A stretch of DNA of 64,000 bases from Bacteroidetes bacterium UKL13-3 (GTDB lineage Bacteria; Bacteroidota; Bacteroidia; UKL13-3): contig CP012155.1 of NCBI GenBank assembly GCA_001602415.1, positions 1,718,718-1,782,717 of the forward strand. The letters are read 5' to 3'. Shown here in pieces: positions 1 through 7,936 of this stretch (position 1 is the stretch's first letter; the number at the start of each line of letters is the position of its first letter). Made by a program: the position numbers and the translations under genes. The notes under the pieces were generated by a model. That model was not told where the DNA came from, searched no databases, and was given only the letters and a program-made list of their open reading frames with translations.

Positions 1-535
1 CTCCTGAACCTCCTAATCCGTTTCCTGTTCCATTTCCATCAGGACTTCCACCTTCAACACCATCTTGCCGACCTTCGTTACCGGGTATAATTCCATCTCC
101 GCTCCCGCCTTCACTTGTGGCACTTGTTTTCTTTTTAAACAGTGCTCTAGCATCGGCTATTCTAGGTTTTTCAATGGGATCTTCAATAGGTTTCTCCGGT
201 TTTTTAATCTCTATCTTTTTCTTTTCCTCTACCTTTTTTGCCGTTACGCCAACTTCTTCCATATCTTGAGTAACCACTTGCTCTATGGGAGTTACAGTTT
301 CAGGTGTGGGTTCAACCGGAGTAGGATTGGCAACGGGTTTATCGTTTGGTCCGCCCATATCAGGTTGGCCTAATGCCATTGATAATTCGATGCCTCCATA
401 TTGAATAGGTGGATCAGGTGGATGTAGCATGGCCCACCACAATAACAATAACAATATGGCATGAACAACAATGGTGGTTGCGTATCCAATCCATTTATTT
501 TTTTGTTCTTCCTTTTTGAGTTGCGCTGAATCCAT
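1..535 (-). CDS. tonB: TonB-like energy transducer, N-terminal part; the 3' end lies beyond the window start
   Basis: Minus-strand ATG at 535 gives MDSAQLKKEEQKNKWIGYATTIVVHAILLLLLWWAMLHPPDPP, an N-terminal TM anchor followed by a Pro/Glu/Lys-rich spacer typical of TonB. It lies directly downstream of the exbB-exbD pair on the same strand. The ORF runs off the window edge. Confidence 0.6.
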   Translation of the reverse strand, partial: MDSAQLKKEEQKNKWIGYATTIVVHAILLLLLWWAMLHPPDPPIQYGGIELSMALGQPDMGGPNDKPVANPTPVEPTPETVTPIEQVVTQDMEEVGVTAKKVEEKKKIEIKKPEKPIEDPIEKPRIADARALFKKKTSATSEGGSGDGIIPGNEGRQDGVEGGSPDGNGTGNGLGGSG

Positions 536-540
536 TTGAA

Positions 541-939
541 TTATTCGGGCTGTGTAGCTAAAACGACTTTGGCTTTTAAGTTATTGCATGTACGCATTAC
601 ATTAACAAGATGCTCAACCGGAACCGCTTTATCGCAGTTTACGGATACCACAACATCTGTTATAGTTAATGCGTTGATGGCGTTTGAAAGGGCTACTTCT
701 AAATCATTTTGTGTAGTTTCTGTTCCATCAACATAAAACCGTAATTCTTTGGTGATAGTAACGTTTAAACTGGTTTTGGTTGTAACCTGGCTGTTTGCTT
801 GTGGCAAGGCCACTTTAATAGCATTAGGACTCACCAACGTGGAGGTAATCATAAAGAAAATCAATAACAGAAACACTAGGTCTGTCATTGATGCCATGTT
901 AAAGTCAGGCTTTACTTTGGTTCTTCTTTTAAATGCCAT
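541..939 (-). CDS. exbD: biopolymer transport protein ExbD/TolR
   Basis: 132 aa, single N-terminal TM (MASMTDLVFLLLIFFMITSTL), ExbD/TolR fold signature; lies between exbB and tonB. Confidence 0.85.
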   Translation of the reverse strand: MAFKRRTKVKPDFNMASMTDLVFLLLIFFMITSTLVSPNAIKVALPQANSQVTTKTSLNVTITKELRFYVDGTETTQNDLEVALSNAINALTITDVVVSVNCDKAVPVEHLVNVMRTCNNLKAKVVLATQPE

Positions 940-941
940 GG

Positions 942-1610
942 TTATGCAGGTTCTTGTAATAAGTCAATAAACTCTACTGAGCTGGCTTCCATTTGGTGAA
1001 TAATTTTTTCAATCATTGAGGTAAGTTGGTTGTAAGCAACGTAGGCAAAAATTCCTATTATCAAACCTGTTACTGTTGTTACCAAAGCTTCGTAAATACC
1101 TCCAGCCAAAAGTCCTACTGTAAGGTTATTGCCGGCTTGCGACATGTTATAAAATGCAGTTACCATACCCGTTACAGTTCCTAAAAATCCTAACATAGGT
1201 GCTGCTCCCGAAATAGTTGCCAATGTTGGCATTCCTTTTTCGAGTTTATTGATTTCAAGGTTACCGGCATTTTGAATACTTACATCTATATTTTGAAGCG
1301 GTTTTCCTATTCTCGATATTCCTTTTTCCAAGATACGGGCAATAGGAGAGTTGGTACGCTCACACAATGATTTGGCTCCTTTAATATTTCCGTTTAACAC
1401 CATATCCTTTATGTTAGCCATAAAGTTAGCATCCAACTTTGATGCTTTACGAATAGTGATATAACGGTCAACCGTAAGGTAAACAGCCATTATGCTCAAT
1501 ATAAGTAATGGAATCATAACAATTCCTCCTTTAAGAGCCAATTCAAATAGGTTTTGCGATTGAGCTGCTGCCGGAGCGGCTTCTGTAATTTGCATTAGTA
1601 TATGTTTCAT
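942..1610 (-). CDS. exbB: MotA/TolQ/ExbB proton channel protein
   Basis: 222 aa, three TM segments, conserved C-terminal MotA/TolQ/ExbB core (GLLGTVTGM, GLIIGIFAY). Confidence 0.85.
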   Translation of the reverse strand: MKHILMQITEAAPAAAQSQNLFELALKGGIVMIPLLILSIMAVYLTVDRYITIRKASKLDANFMANIKDMVLNGNIKGAKSLCERTNSPIARILEKGISRIGKPLQNIDVSIQNAGNLEINKLEKGMPTLATISGAAPMLGFLGTVTGMVTAFYNMSQAGNNLTVGLLAGGIYEALVTTVTGLIIGIFAYVAYNQLTSMIEKIIHQMEASSVEFIDLLQEPA

Positions 1611-1752
1611 GTAATAACTATTTATCAGTTTTATTCTAACTGCTAAACAACGATATATATTTCACACCAACGATTACACTTAGTAACATTTGCACAGATT
1701 GCATGTTGAGGTGTTTAGATTAGTAGTCCATCATTTTTATAATGTAGACTTA

Positions 1753-2833
1753 TTCGTAACCTGAGTTCGGTTTAAGCAGCTAATGTCAATTGTTGTTCAA
1801 GTTGCTTGATAAGCTGAGGGTTTGTTTCCTCAATATCTTTTTTGATGGAAGGTTTTTTAGGAAAGAAAGAATACGCAGCAATTGCACTCATAATATTAAG
1901 AAGAAAACCGCTGATAGAGCGATGTCTTGTATGTTCAACTTGACAAATGTTTTTTAACTCATCATTTACGGTTTCAATCACGGACCGTTTCCTTAAAAGA
2001 AGTTTCTCTTCATTGCTCAATGCTTTAGATTTCATGTTTCTTCTTACAGCTGTAATGAGTTGTATACCGTTGCCAAAAAGCAGATCACTCAATGCTTTTG
2101 AGATATATCCCTTATCTCCAAATAGTTTTCCGAAAAGGTCTTTAGTCATATTGGTAATTGTTTTAGCATCTCTATCATCCACATTTCCTTTGGTTAGAAA
2201 GAAAGATAATATCTCACCTTTGTCGTTTATAATCAGGTGAAGTTTAAAGCCAAAGAACCATCCCATTGATGATTTACCAACCTCTGCAAAGCCTTTAAAT
2301 GTTTTATTACGCTTTATCCTTTTGTTGTGACAAACACGCAGTACAGTAGAATCAATAAAGCTAATGCCAGTGCACTCGCCTTTGCAACAATGATGGAGAA
2401 ACAACATGAATGCAATAGCACAACGATGACTCAATTCAATAAACCTGTTATAGGAAACCAATCCGGGAAAATCTTCTCTTAAATGAACAGACACATAGTC
2501 CACATAAAAATGCTTGAAATTCCTGAATTGACCACCATGAAACGCAATCAGGAGTGTGATAATTTCAGAGTCACACATTCCGGCTTTTCTATTTCTTGTT
2601 TTAACGTTTGATGGTGCGGGTAATTGGTGTTTTGAATACAAAATTTCAAATTCATTGCAGAAATCATCAACTTTTACAAAAGTTTCTGTAATTTTATCTT
2701 GTAGCATTGGTGTGTTTTTTATGTTTTTTTTGCACTACAAAATTAACACTTCCAATGCTACTAATTATTTGATTACCAAATAATTATAAACAAAATAATC
2801 AACACTTTCTTATCCCGAACTCAGGTTATTAAG
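1753..2833 (-). mobile_element. IS982-family insertion sequence (~1.08 kb) with imperfect terminal inverted repeats
   Basis: TTCGTAACCTGAGTTCGG at 1753-1770 and its inverse CCGAACTCAGGTTATTAA at 2815-2832 (14 consecutive matches plus extension) bracket a single transposase ORF; intergenic between exbB and the NHL-repeat gene. Confidence 0.75.
1772..2707 (-). CDS. IS982 family DDE transposase
   Basis: 311 aa; FIDSTVLRVCHNKRI, GWFFGFKLHLIINDKGEI and TKGNVDDRD blocks match IS982-type transposases. Confidence 0.8.
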   Translation of the reverse strand: MLQDKITETFVKVDDFCNEFEILYSKHQLPAPSNVKTRNRKAGMCDSEIITLLIAFHGGQFRNFKHFYVDYVSVHLREDFPGLVSYNRFIELSHRCAIAFMLFLHHCCKGECTGISFIDSTVLRVCHNKRIKRNKTFKGFAEVGKSSMGWFFGFKLHLIINDKGEILSFFLTKGNVDDRDAKTITNMTKDLFGKLFGDKGYISKALSDLLFGNGIQLITAVRRNMKSKALSNEEKLLLRKRSVIETVNDELKNICQVEHTRHRSISGFLLNIMSAIAAYSFFPKKPSIKKDIEETNPQLIKQLEQQLTLAA

Positions 2834-2932
2834 GAGTATTCTCTGTTTAGGTATATGCAAACCAGTTGTTAAATAATTCTTGAATGACTTGTTAACCAAT
2901 TATTTTTAGTTTTTTTTGAATAAAAATTAATT

Positions 2933-4537
2933 ATGAATAAAATACTTACTTCATTAGCGCTATTGGCAAGCACATTTGTTCAAGGCCAAACAGTAACAAC
3001 TTACATGGGAAAATCTGGAGTTTCTCCAACAGAAAACATACTTTCATCAGCAACCGTTGCCAATGCAACATTGGCGTTTCCCTCAAAAATGTTTAAAGAC
3101 GCATCGGGTAGAGTTTGGTTTACCGAAGGAGGGGGGAACAGGCTTCGTTTTATTGATACGTTTAATAACGTATATGTTAGGGCAGGTAGTTTAGCTGGAT
3201 CTACAGGATCTAACGATGGAGTAGGCACTGCCGCTACATTTAATAATATTTCAGGAGTTACGGCTGATAATTTGGGTAATATATATGTTGTAGATGGTTT
3301 TAACCATACTATTCGAAAAATTACCCCATTTGCTAATGTCTCAAACGCTCAAACAGTATCAACCTTTGCAGGCGATAAAACAAATTCCGGTTTTGCAGAT
3401 GGAACAGGAACAGTTGCAAGATTTAATGCTCCGTTAGATATTTTGGCTGATGCTAATAATAATTTATACGTTTCGGATCATGCTAATAATCGAATTCGAA
3501 AAATATCACCTTCGGGCGTTGTAACCACCTTGGCGGGTAGCAGTGCAGAAGGAAGCGATGATGGGATTGGTGCTGCCGCAAGTTTTCATGGACCTGGAGG
3601 AATGTGTTGGTATAATGCAACTGATTTATTGGTTACAGATATGCAATCGAGAAAAATCCGTAAAGTAAACATTTTAACAGGATCCGTTACAACTGTTGCT
3701 GGAAAAGGAGGTTTTGGAACAGCTAATGGCGATGCATTAACCGAAGCAACCTTTATTTATCCATGCGATGTTGCGGTTGATGACATGAAGAATATTTATG
3801 TAACAGATGTTAATGTTATTCGTAAAATTGCTGGTTCATGTGTAACTACATTTGCAGGATCTTCTCTGCTTGGTGGAGATACTGATGGTGTTGGAATGAA
3901 TGCTCGCTTTAATCAACCTGACGGGATATTATATAATAATAACGCATTGTATGTTTGCGATAGAGACAATCAAACAATTAGGAAAATAACCATTGATGAT
4001 ATGACACAAGCGCTACCTAAGGCAAAATTTGATGCTTCGAAAAAATCAGGAACAACAAGTGATGTAATTGCATTAAGGGATTCGTCAGCTAACGCCATTG
4101 AATGGAAGTGGACCATTACGCCAAACACTTATATGTTTAATGGAGGTACATCTTTAACATCAAAAAAACCTGAAATTATGTTTATGGCAAATGGAAAATA
4201 CACTGTATCACTCAAAGTGAAATCTTCGTGTTTTGGAAGCGATAGTATAACCAAATTAGATTACGTAACCATTGGAAGTGTAGGTTTGCCTTCATTGGTT
4301 TCTGAAGCAACAGTAGCTGTATATCCAAATCCTAGCAACGGAATCATAAACATTATGAGTTCTCTTAACGAAAAACTTGAAATTAGCATGTATGATATGC
4401 ATGGAAAACTTGTATTGGCAACAACTAAGTCAACTGCAAACCAAACAATTGATTTACAAACAGCTCCCAAAGGAATGTACTTGTTGATGATTAAAGGTGA
4501 ATCATCTTCAATGGTGAAAAAAATTATGGTTGAATAG
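2933..4537 (+). CDS. secreted NHL-repeat beta-propeller protein with PKD-like region and T9SS type-A C-terminal sorting domain
   Basis: Signal peptide MNKILTSLALLASTFVQG. Repeated NHL motifs (NIYVVDGFNHTIRKI, NLYVSDHANNRIRKI, ALYVCDRDNQTIRKI). C-terminus VAVYPNPSNGIINIMSS...KGMYLLMIKGESSSMVKKIMVE is a Por/T9SS type-A CTD. Confidence 0.75.
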   Translation: MNKILTSLALLASTFVQGQTVTTYMGKSGVSPTENILSSATVANATLAFPSKMFKDASGRVWFTEGGGNRLRFIDTFNNVYVRAGSLAGSTGSNDGVGTAATFNNISGVTADNLGNIYVVDGFNHTIRKITPFANVSNAQTVSTFAGDKTNSGFADGTGTVARFNAPLDILADANNNLYVSDHANNRIRKISPSGVVTTLAGSSAEGSDDGIGAAASFHGPGGMCWYNATDLLVTDMQSRKIRKVNILTGSVTTVAGKGGFGTANGDALTEATFIYPCDVAVDDMKNIYVTDVNVIRKIAGSCVTTFAGSSLLGGDTDGVGMNARFNQPDGILYNNNALYVCDRDNQTIRKITIDDMTQALPKAKFDASKKSGTTSDVIALRDSSANAIEWKWTITPNTYMFNGGTSLTSKKPEIMFMANGKYTVSLKVKSSCFGSDSITKLDYVTIGSVGLPSLVSEATVAVYPNPSNGIINIMSSLNEKLEISMYDMHGKLVLATTKSTANQTIDLQTAPKGMYLLMIKGESSSMVKKIMVE

Positions 4538-4622
4538 CTATTAAATTTTTAAATATAAAAAAGGCTATGTCAGGAGATGGAGGCCACTGAAAAAGTCATT
4601 TGATTAACAAATGTTAGTAAAA

Positions 4623-4659
4623 GGGGTAAAAAACGGCAATGTTTTTTGCCCCTTTTTTT
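4623..4659 (+). terminator. GC-rich hairpin plus T-run inside the left end of the IS (possible read-in insulator or terminator)
   Basis: GGGGTAAAAAAC-GGCAAT-GTTTTTTGCCCC followed by TTTTTTTG. Confidence 0.45.
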
Positions 4660-4835
4660 GTTTCTTTATTAAGAAATTTAACGGCAGCCAAATGTTATTA
4701 CAACAGCATAAAATTCAGATTAGTAACCATTCTTCGTTATAAGATTTAATTGTTCCGAAGCACAATTTTCTTAGAAAAATTAATGAATTAGTAGACTTTT
4801 CCTTTGTATCCGAGGAGCTAGTAAATAAATATTGC

Positions 4836-6143
4836 ATGAATAATGGCCGAATGGCGGAAAGTCCAGTTCGCATGTTCAAGTATTTACTTTTGAAAACAAT
4901 TTATACAATATCTGATGTTGATGTAGTTGAGCGTTCACGATACGATATGTCATTTAAATACTTTTTAGAAATGACACCAGAAGAGGAAGTAATAAATTCT
5001 AGTTCATTGACCAAGTTTAGGAAACTACGTTTAAAAGACACCGACTTGTTAGATTTATTAATAAACAAAACAGTCAGTATAGCAGTTGAAAAAGGCATCA
5101 TTCGTTCAAAGTCAATTATAGTAGATGCCACACATACGCTATCAAGATCAAATCCATTTTCAGCAATAGAAGTATTACGTGAACGCTCTAAGTTACTCAG
5201 GAAAGCGGTGTATTTGTTTGATGAGGAATGGAAAGAAAATATGCCACAAAAGAACATTGATAATGATTTGGAAAAGGAGTTAGCATATTGCAAAGAGTTA
5301 GAGCAACGAATAGAAAATGAACCAACTATTAGTTCAATACCTGGTGTAAAAGAAAAACTCAATTTACTAAAAGAAACGATAGAAGATACGCAAGAAAATT
5401 TCATCCTATCAAAAGATACTGATGCAAGAATTGGGCACAAATCAGCTGATAGCTCATTCTTTGGATACAAAACACATATAGCCATGACCGAAGAGCGCAT
5501 TATTACAGCAGCAGTAGTAACATCGGGTGAAAAAGGAGATGGGCCAGAGTTAACAAAACTTTTACAAATGAGTCAAGAAAATGGAATTGATGTGGATACC
5601 ATAATAGGCGATACCGCCTATTCAGGAAAAGAAAATCTTAAAATTACAACAGAGCAAAATATTAAAATAGTAGCAAGGCTAAATCCCTCAATCACACAAG
5701 GCACAAGAAAGGATGAAGATAAATTTGATTACAATAAAGATGCAGATATGTTTGTTTGCCCTGCTGGTCATATGGCATTAAAAAAGGCTCGTCAAGGCAC
5801 AAAAAATATTGGAAAAAACCAAGCAGTAACATACTACTTTGATACAGACAAATGTAAAACATGCCCTTTAAAAGAGGGTTGTTATAAAGAAGGAGCAAAA
5901 ACAAAAACCTATTCGTTAACAATTAAATCAGACCTACATCAAGAACAAACAGTCTTTCAAGAAACCGATTATTATAAAGAAAAATCAAAGCATCGTTATA
6001 AAATTGAAGCAAAAAATAGTGAGTTAAAAAACATACACGGATACGATAGAGCAATATCCTATGGCATTAGTAATATGCAAATGCAGGGTGCACTGGCAAT
6101 TTTTGCAGTCAACTTAAAAAGAATTATTAAATTAACAGAGTAA
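4836..6143 (+). CDS. IS1182/IS5-superfamily DDE transposase
   Basis: 435 aa. The N-terminal block FKYLLLKTIYTISDVDVVERSRYDMSFKYFLEM resembles the InsH-type N-terminal domain. C-terminal Cys cluster CPAGH...CKTCPLKEGCY and tail GALAIFAVNLKRIIKL are typical of IS1182-group transposases. Confidence 0.7.
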   Translation: MNNGRMAESPVRMFKYLLLKTIYTISDVDVVERSRYDMSFKYFLEMTPEEEVINSSSLTKFRKLRLKDTDLLDLLINKTVSIAVEKGIIRSKSIIVDATHTLSRSNPFSAIEVLRERSKLLRKAVYLFDEEWKENMPQKNIDNDLEKELAYCKELEQRIENEPTISSIPGVKEKLNLLKETIEDTQENFILSKDTDARIGHKSADSSFFGYKTHIAMTEERIITAAVVTSGEKGDGPELTKLLQMSQENGIDVDTIIGDTAYSGKENLKITTEQNIKIVARLNPSITQGTRKDEDKFDYNKDADMFVCPAGHMALKKARQGTKNIGKNQAVTYYFDTDKCKTCPLKEGCYKEGAKTKTYSLTIKSDLHQEQTVFQETDYYKEKSKHRYKIEAKNSELKNIHGYDRAISYGISNMQMQGALAIFAVNLKRIIKLTE

Positions 6144-6344
6144 ACTCTAAAGTTACGCGAAAAAAGGTCTAAAAATGCATTTTAGGGTGCAACAAGAACC
6201 ATAAAACATCCTGTAAATCTCAAAAGTAAAATTACAAAAAAGCGATTAAGTAAAATTTACATTTTACCTAATCGCTCTAAATTAAGTTTTCATCAAAATG
6301 ATGCTTTTTCAGTGGCCTCCAGGAGATGAGATAGCCTTTTTTGT

Positions 6345-7043
6345 TTAGTTGGAAGCTTTGATTTTTAACTTCTCTTTAAAAACTTTCTGAAACTTCTCCA
6401 ATTTTGGTTTTACTACAAACTGACAATAGGGTTGATCAACATTTTCGTTATAATAATTTTGGTGATAATCCTCCGCCTTAAAAAATTCAGTTAAAGGACT
6501 GATTTCAGTAACAATAGGATTCGGATATGCATGCGATGCATTCAACCCCTTTTTGTACTTTTCGGCTAATTCCTTTTGTATAGGTGTGTGATAATAAATG
6601 ACAGATCTGTATTGCGTGCCAACATCATTTCCTTGTCGATTAAGTGTTGTTGGATCGTGGCTTACCCAAAATGCTTGTAACAGTTCAGGATAGGTAATCA
6701 CTTTTGGGTCAAATACAATCTGACACACTTCTGCGTGTCCGGTAGTGCCATTGCAAACTTCTTTGTAAGTAGGATTTTTAACTGCACCTCCACTATAACC
6801 CGATGTTACAGATAGTACACCTTCTACTTGTTGGTATACGGCTTCTAGGCACCAAAAGCATCCCGCACCAAAAGTGGCAGTGTCAAAGTTGTGTGTTGTG
6901 TGTTGTTCTTCAATCATGTTGGTTGTGAGTTTAGGTACTGGGGTTACTGTACTTTCTGTGCACGAAAATATAGAAATACTCATCGTGTTAAATATGACAA
7001 ACGAAAGTATCGTATTCATTTGATTCATTGTTATTTTAAACAT
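6345..7043 (-). CDS. msrA: peptide methionine sulfoxide reductase MsrA, exported lipoprotein form
   Basis: GCFWCLEAVYQQVEGV...YHQNYYNEN core. N-terminal signal with lipobox Cys (ISIFSCTEST). Confidence 0.85.
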   Translation of the reverse strand: MFKITMNQMNTILSFVIFNTMSISIFSCTESTVTPVPKLTTNMIEEQHTTHNFDTATFGAGCFWCLEAVYQQVEGVLSVTSGYSGGAVKNPTYKEVCNGTTGHAEVCQIVFDPKVITYPELLQAFWVSHDPTTLNRQGNDVGTQYRSVIYYHTPIQKELAEKYKKGLNASHAYPNPIVTEISPLTEFFKAEDYHQNYYNENVDQPYCQFVVKPKLEKFQKVFKEKLKIKASN

Positions 7044-7113
7044 GTTAAGTATAATGATGGTTTTATAGAATTACGTATTTTTATCCTTGATAGTTTTTGA
7101 GATATTTGAACTT

Positions 7114-7662
7114 ATGAATAAACTATTGTTTTGTGCTTTGTTTTGTGCGTGTTTAAGTGCATCTGCCCAAACGTTTTCATTTAAAAGCAATGAAGGTAGC
7201 ATTTTTTTAATGAATGAAAGCCCCGGAGGTAAAGCAAGGGTGTATTATTTCCTTTCACCTGAATGTCCTTTGTGCCAGAGTTATTCACTCACTATTCGAA
7301 ATATATATGCTGAGTTTGCTAAACAAGGTATCGAAATGGTTGGTATTATTCCCGGAAATGATTTTTCTAACAAAGATATTTTAGAATACGAAATCAAATA
7401 TAAAATCCCTCTTATGTTGTTGCGTGACGAGCAATTAATGCTTGTTAAAAAATACAATGTTACCATAACACCCGAGGTGGTTCTGGTTAATACGCAAGGG
7501 AAAGTGATATACCAAGGAAGAATCGATAATTGGGCATATGAATTAGGAAAAAAGAGAAAAGTTATTACAGAATACAATCTTAAAGATGCTTTAACTTCAG
7601 TACTTTTAAACAAGCCTATTAGCGTCTCTAAAACAAAAGCGGTTGGGTGTTATATTGAGTAA
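7114..7662 (+). CDS. thioredoxin-fold redoxin (TlpA/AhpC-like), exported
   Basis: Signal peptide MNKLLFCALFCACLSASAQ. CxxC active site (SPECPLCQS). Divergent from msrA with a 43-70 bp intergenic gap. An alternative ATG lies at 7087. Confidence 0.6.
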   Translation: MNKLLFCALFCACLSASAQTFSFKSNEGSIFLMNESPGGKARVYYFLSPECPLCQSYSLTIRNIYAEFAKQGIEMVGIIPGNDFSNKDILEYEIKYKIPLMLLRDEQLMLVKKYNVTITPEVVLVNTQGKVIYQGRIDNWAYELGKKRKVITEYNLKDALTSVLLNKPISVSKTKAVGCYIE

Positions 7663-7797
7663 TGGGGAAATGTGCTGATGACAGGATGTGCAAATGTGCA
7701 GATTAGAATATTGGAAGATGTGTAAATAAATAAATGAAAGTGGATAGGATGCCTGAGCTTCTGCGCAGCAGAACGGCCGAAGGCACTCGTGCCGAGG

Positions 7798-7934
7798 CAA
7801 ACAGCAAACAGCAAACAGCAAACAGCAAACAGCAAACAGCAAACAGCAAACAGCAAACAGCAAACAGCAAACAGCAAACAGCAAACAGCAAACAGCAAAC
7901 AGCAAACAGCAAACAGCAAACAGCAAACAGCAAA
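7798..7934 (+). repeat. perfect heptanucleotide tandem repeat (CAAACAG) x ~19.6, ending 2 nt before the ATG at 7937
   Basis: Directly visible: 137 nt of uninterrupted CAAACAG units. The unit length is not a multiple of 3. All six-frame ORFs crossing it encode QTANSK/CCLLFAV repeats and are artifacts. Confidence 0.95.
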
Positions 7935-7936
7935 TA

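Larger units (their letters stand above)
4556..6345 (+). mobile_element. IS1182-like (IS5/IS1182 superfamily) insertion sequence, ~1.79 kb
   Basis: About 40-bp imperfect terminal inverted repeats: AAAAAGGCTATGTCAGGAGATGGAGGCCACTGAAAAAG at 4556-4597, and the reverse complement of 6303-6345 reads AAAAAAGGCTATCTCATCTCCTGGAGGCCACTGAAAAAG. They flank one transposase ORF. The right IR abuts the msrA stop codon. Confidence 0.65.

Noticed and set aside
65-373. 102-aa plus-strand ORF at the window start
   Set aside because: It lies antisense to the TonB-like coding sequence (minus strand, 1-535). Its composition is low-complexity and it has no start context.
3128-3136. G-rich tract (GGAGGGGGG) in the NHL-repeat gene as a phase-variation homopolymer
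   Set aside because: Only six consecutive G; it encodes the conserved Gly-rich EGGGN motif. It is below the length usually associated with high-frequency slippage.
4901-5500. 199-aa minus-strand ORF inside the IS1182-like element
   Set aside because: Antisense to the transposase gene; no recognisable protein features.
7798-7934. Possible CRISPR array
   Set aside because: The units are 7 bp with no spacers. This is a simple tandem repeat, not a repeat-spacer structure, and there are no cas genes nearby.
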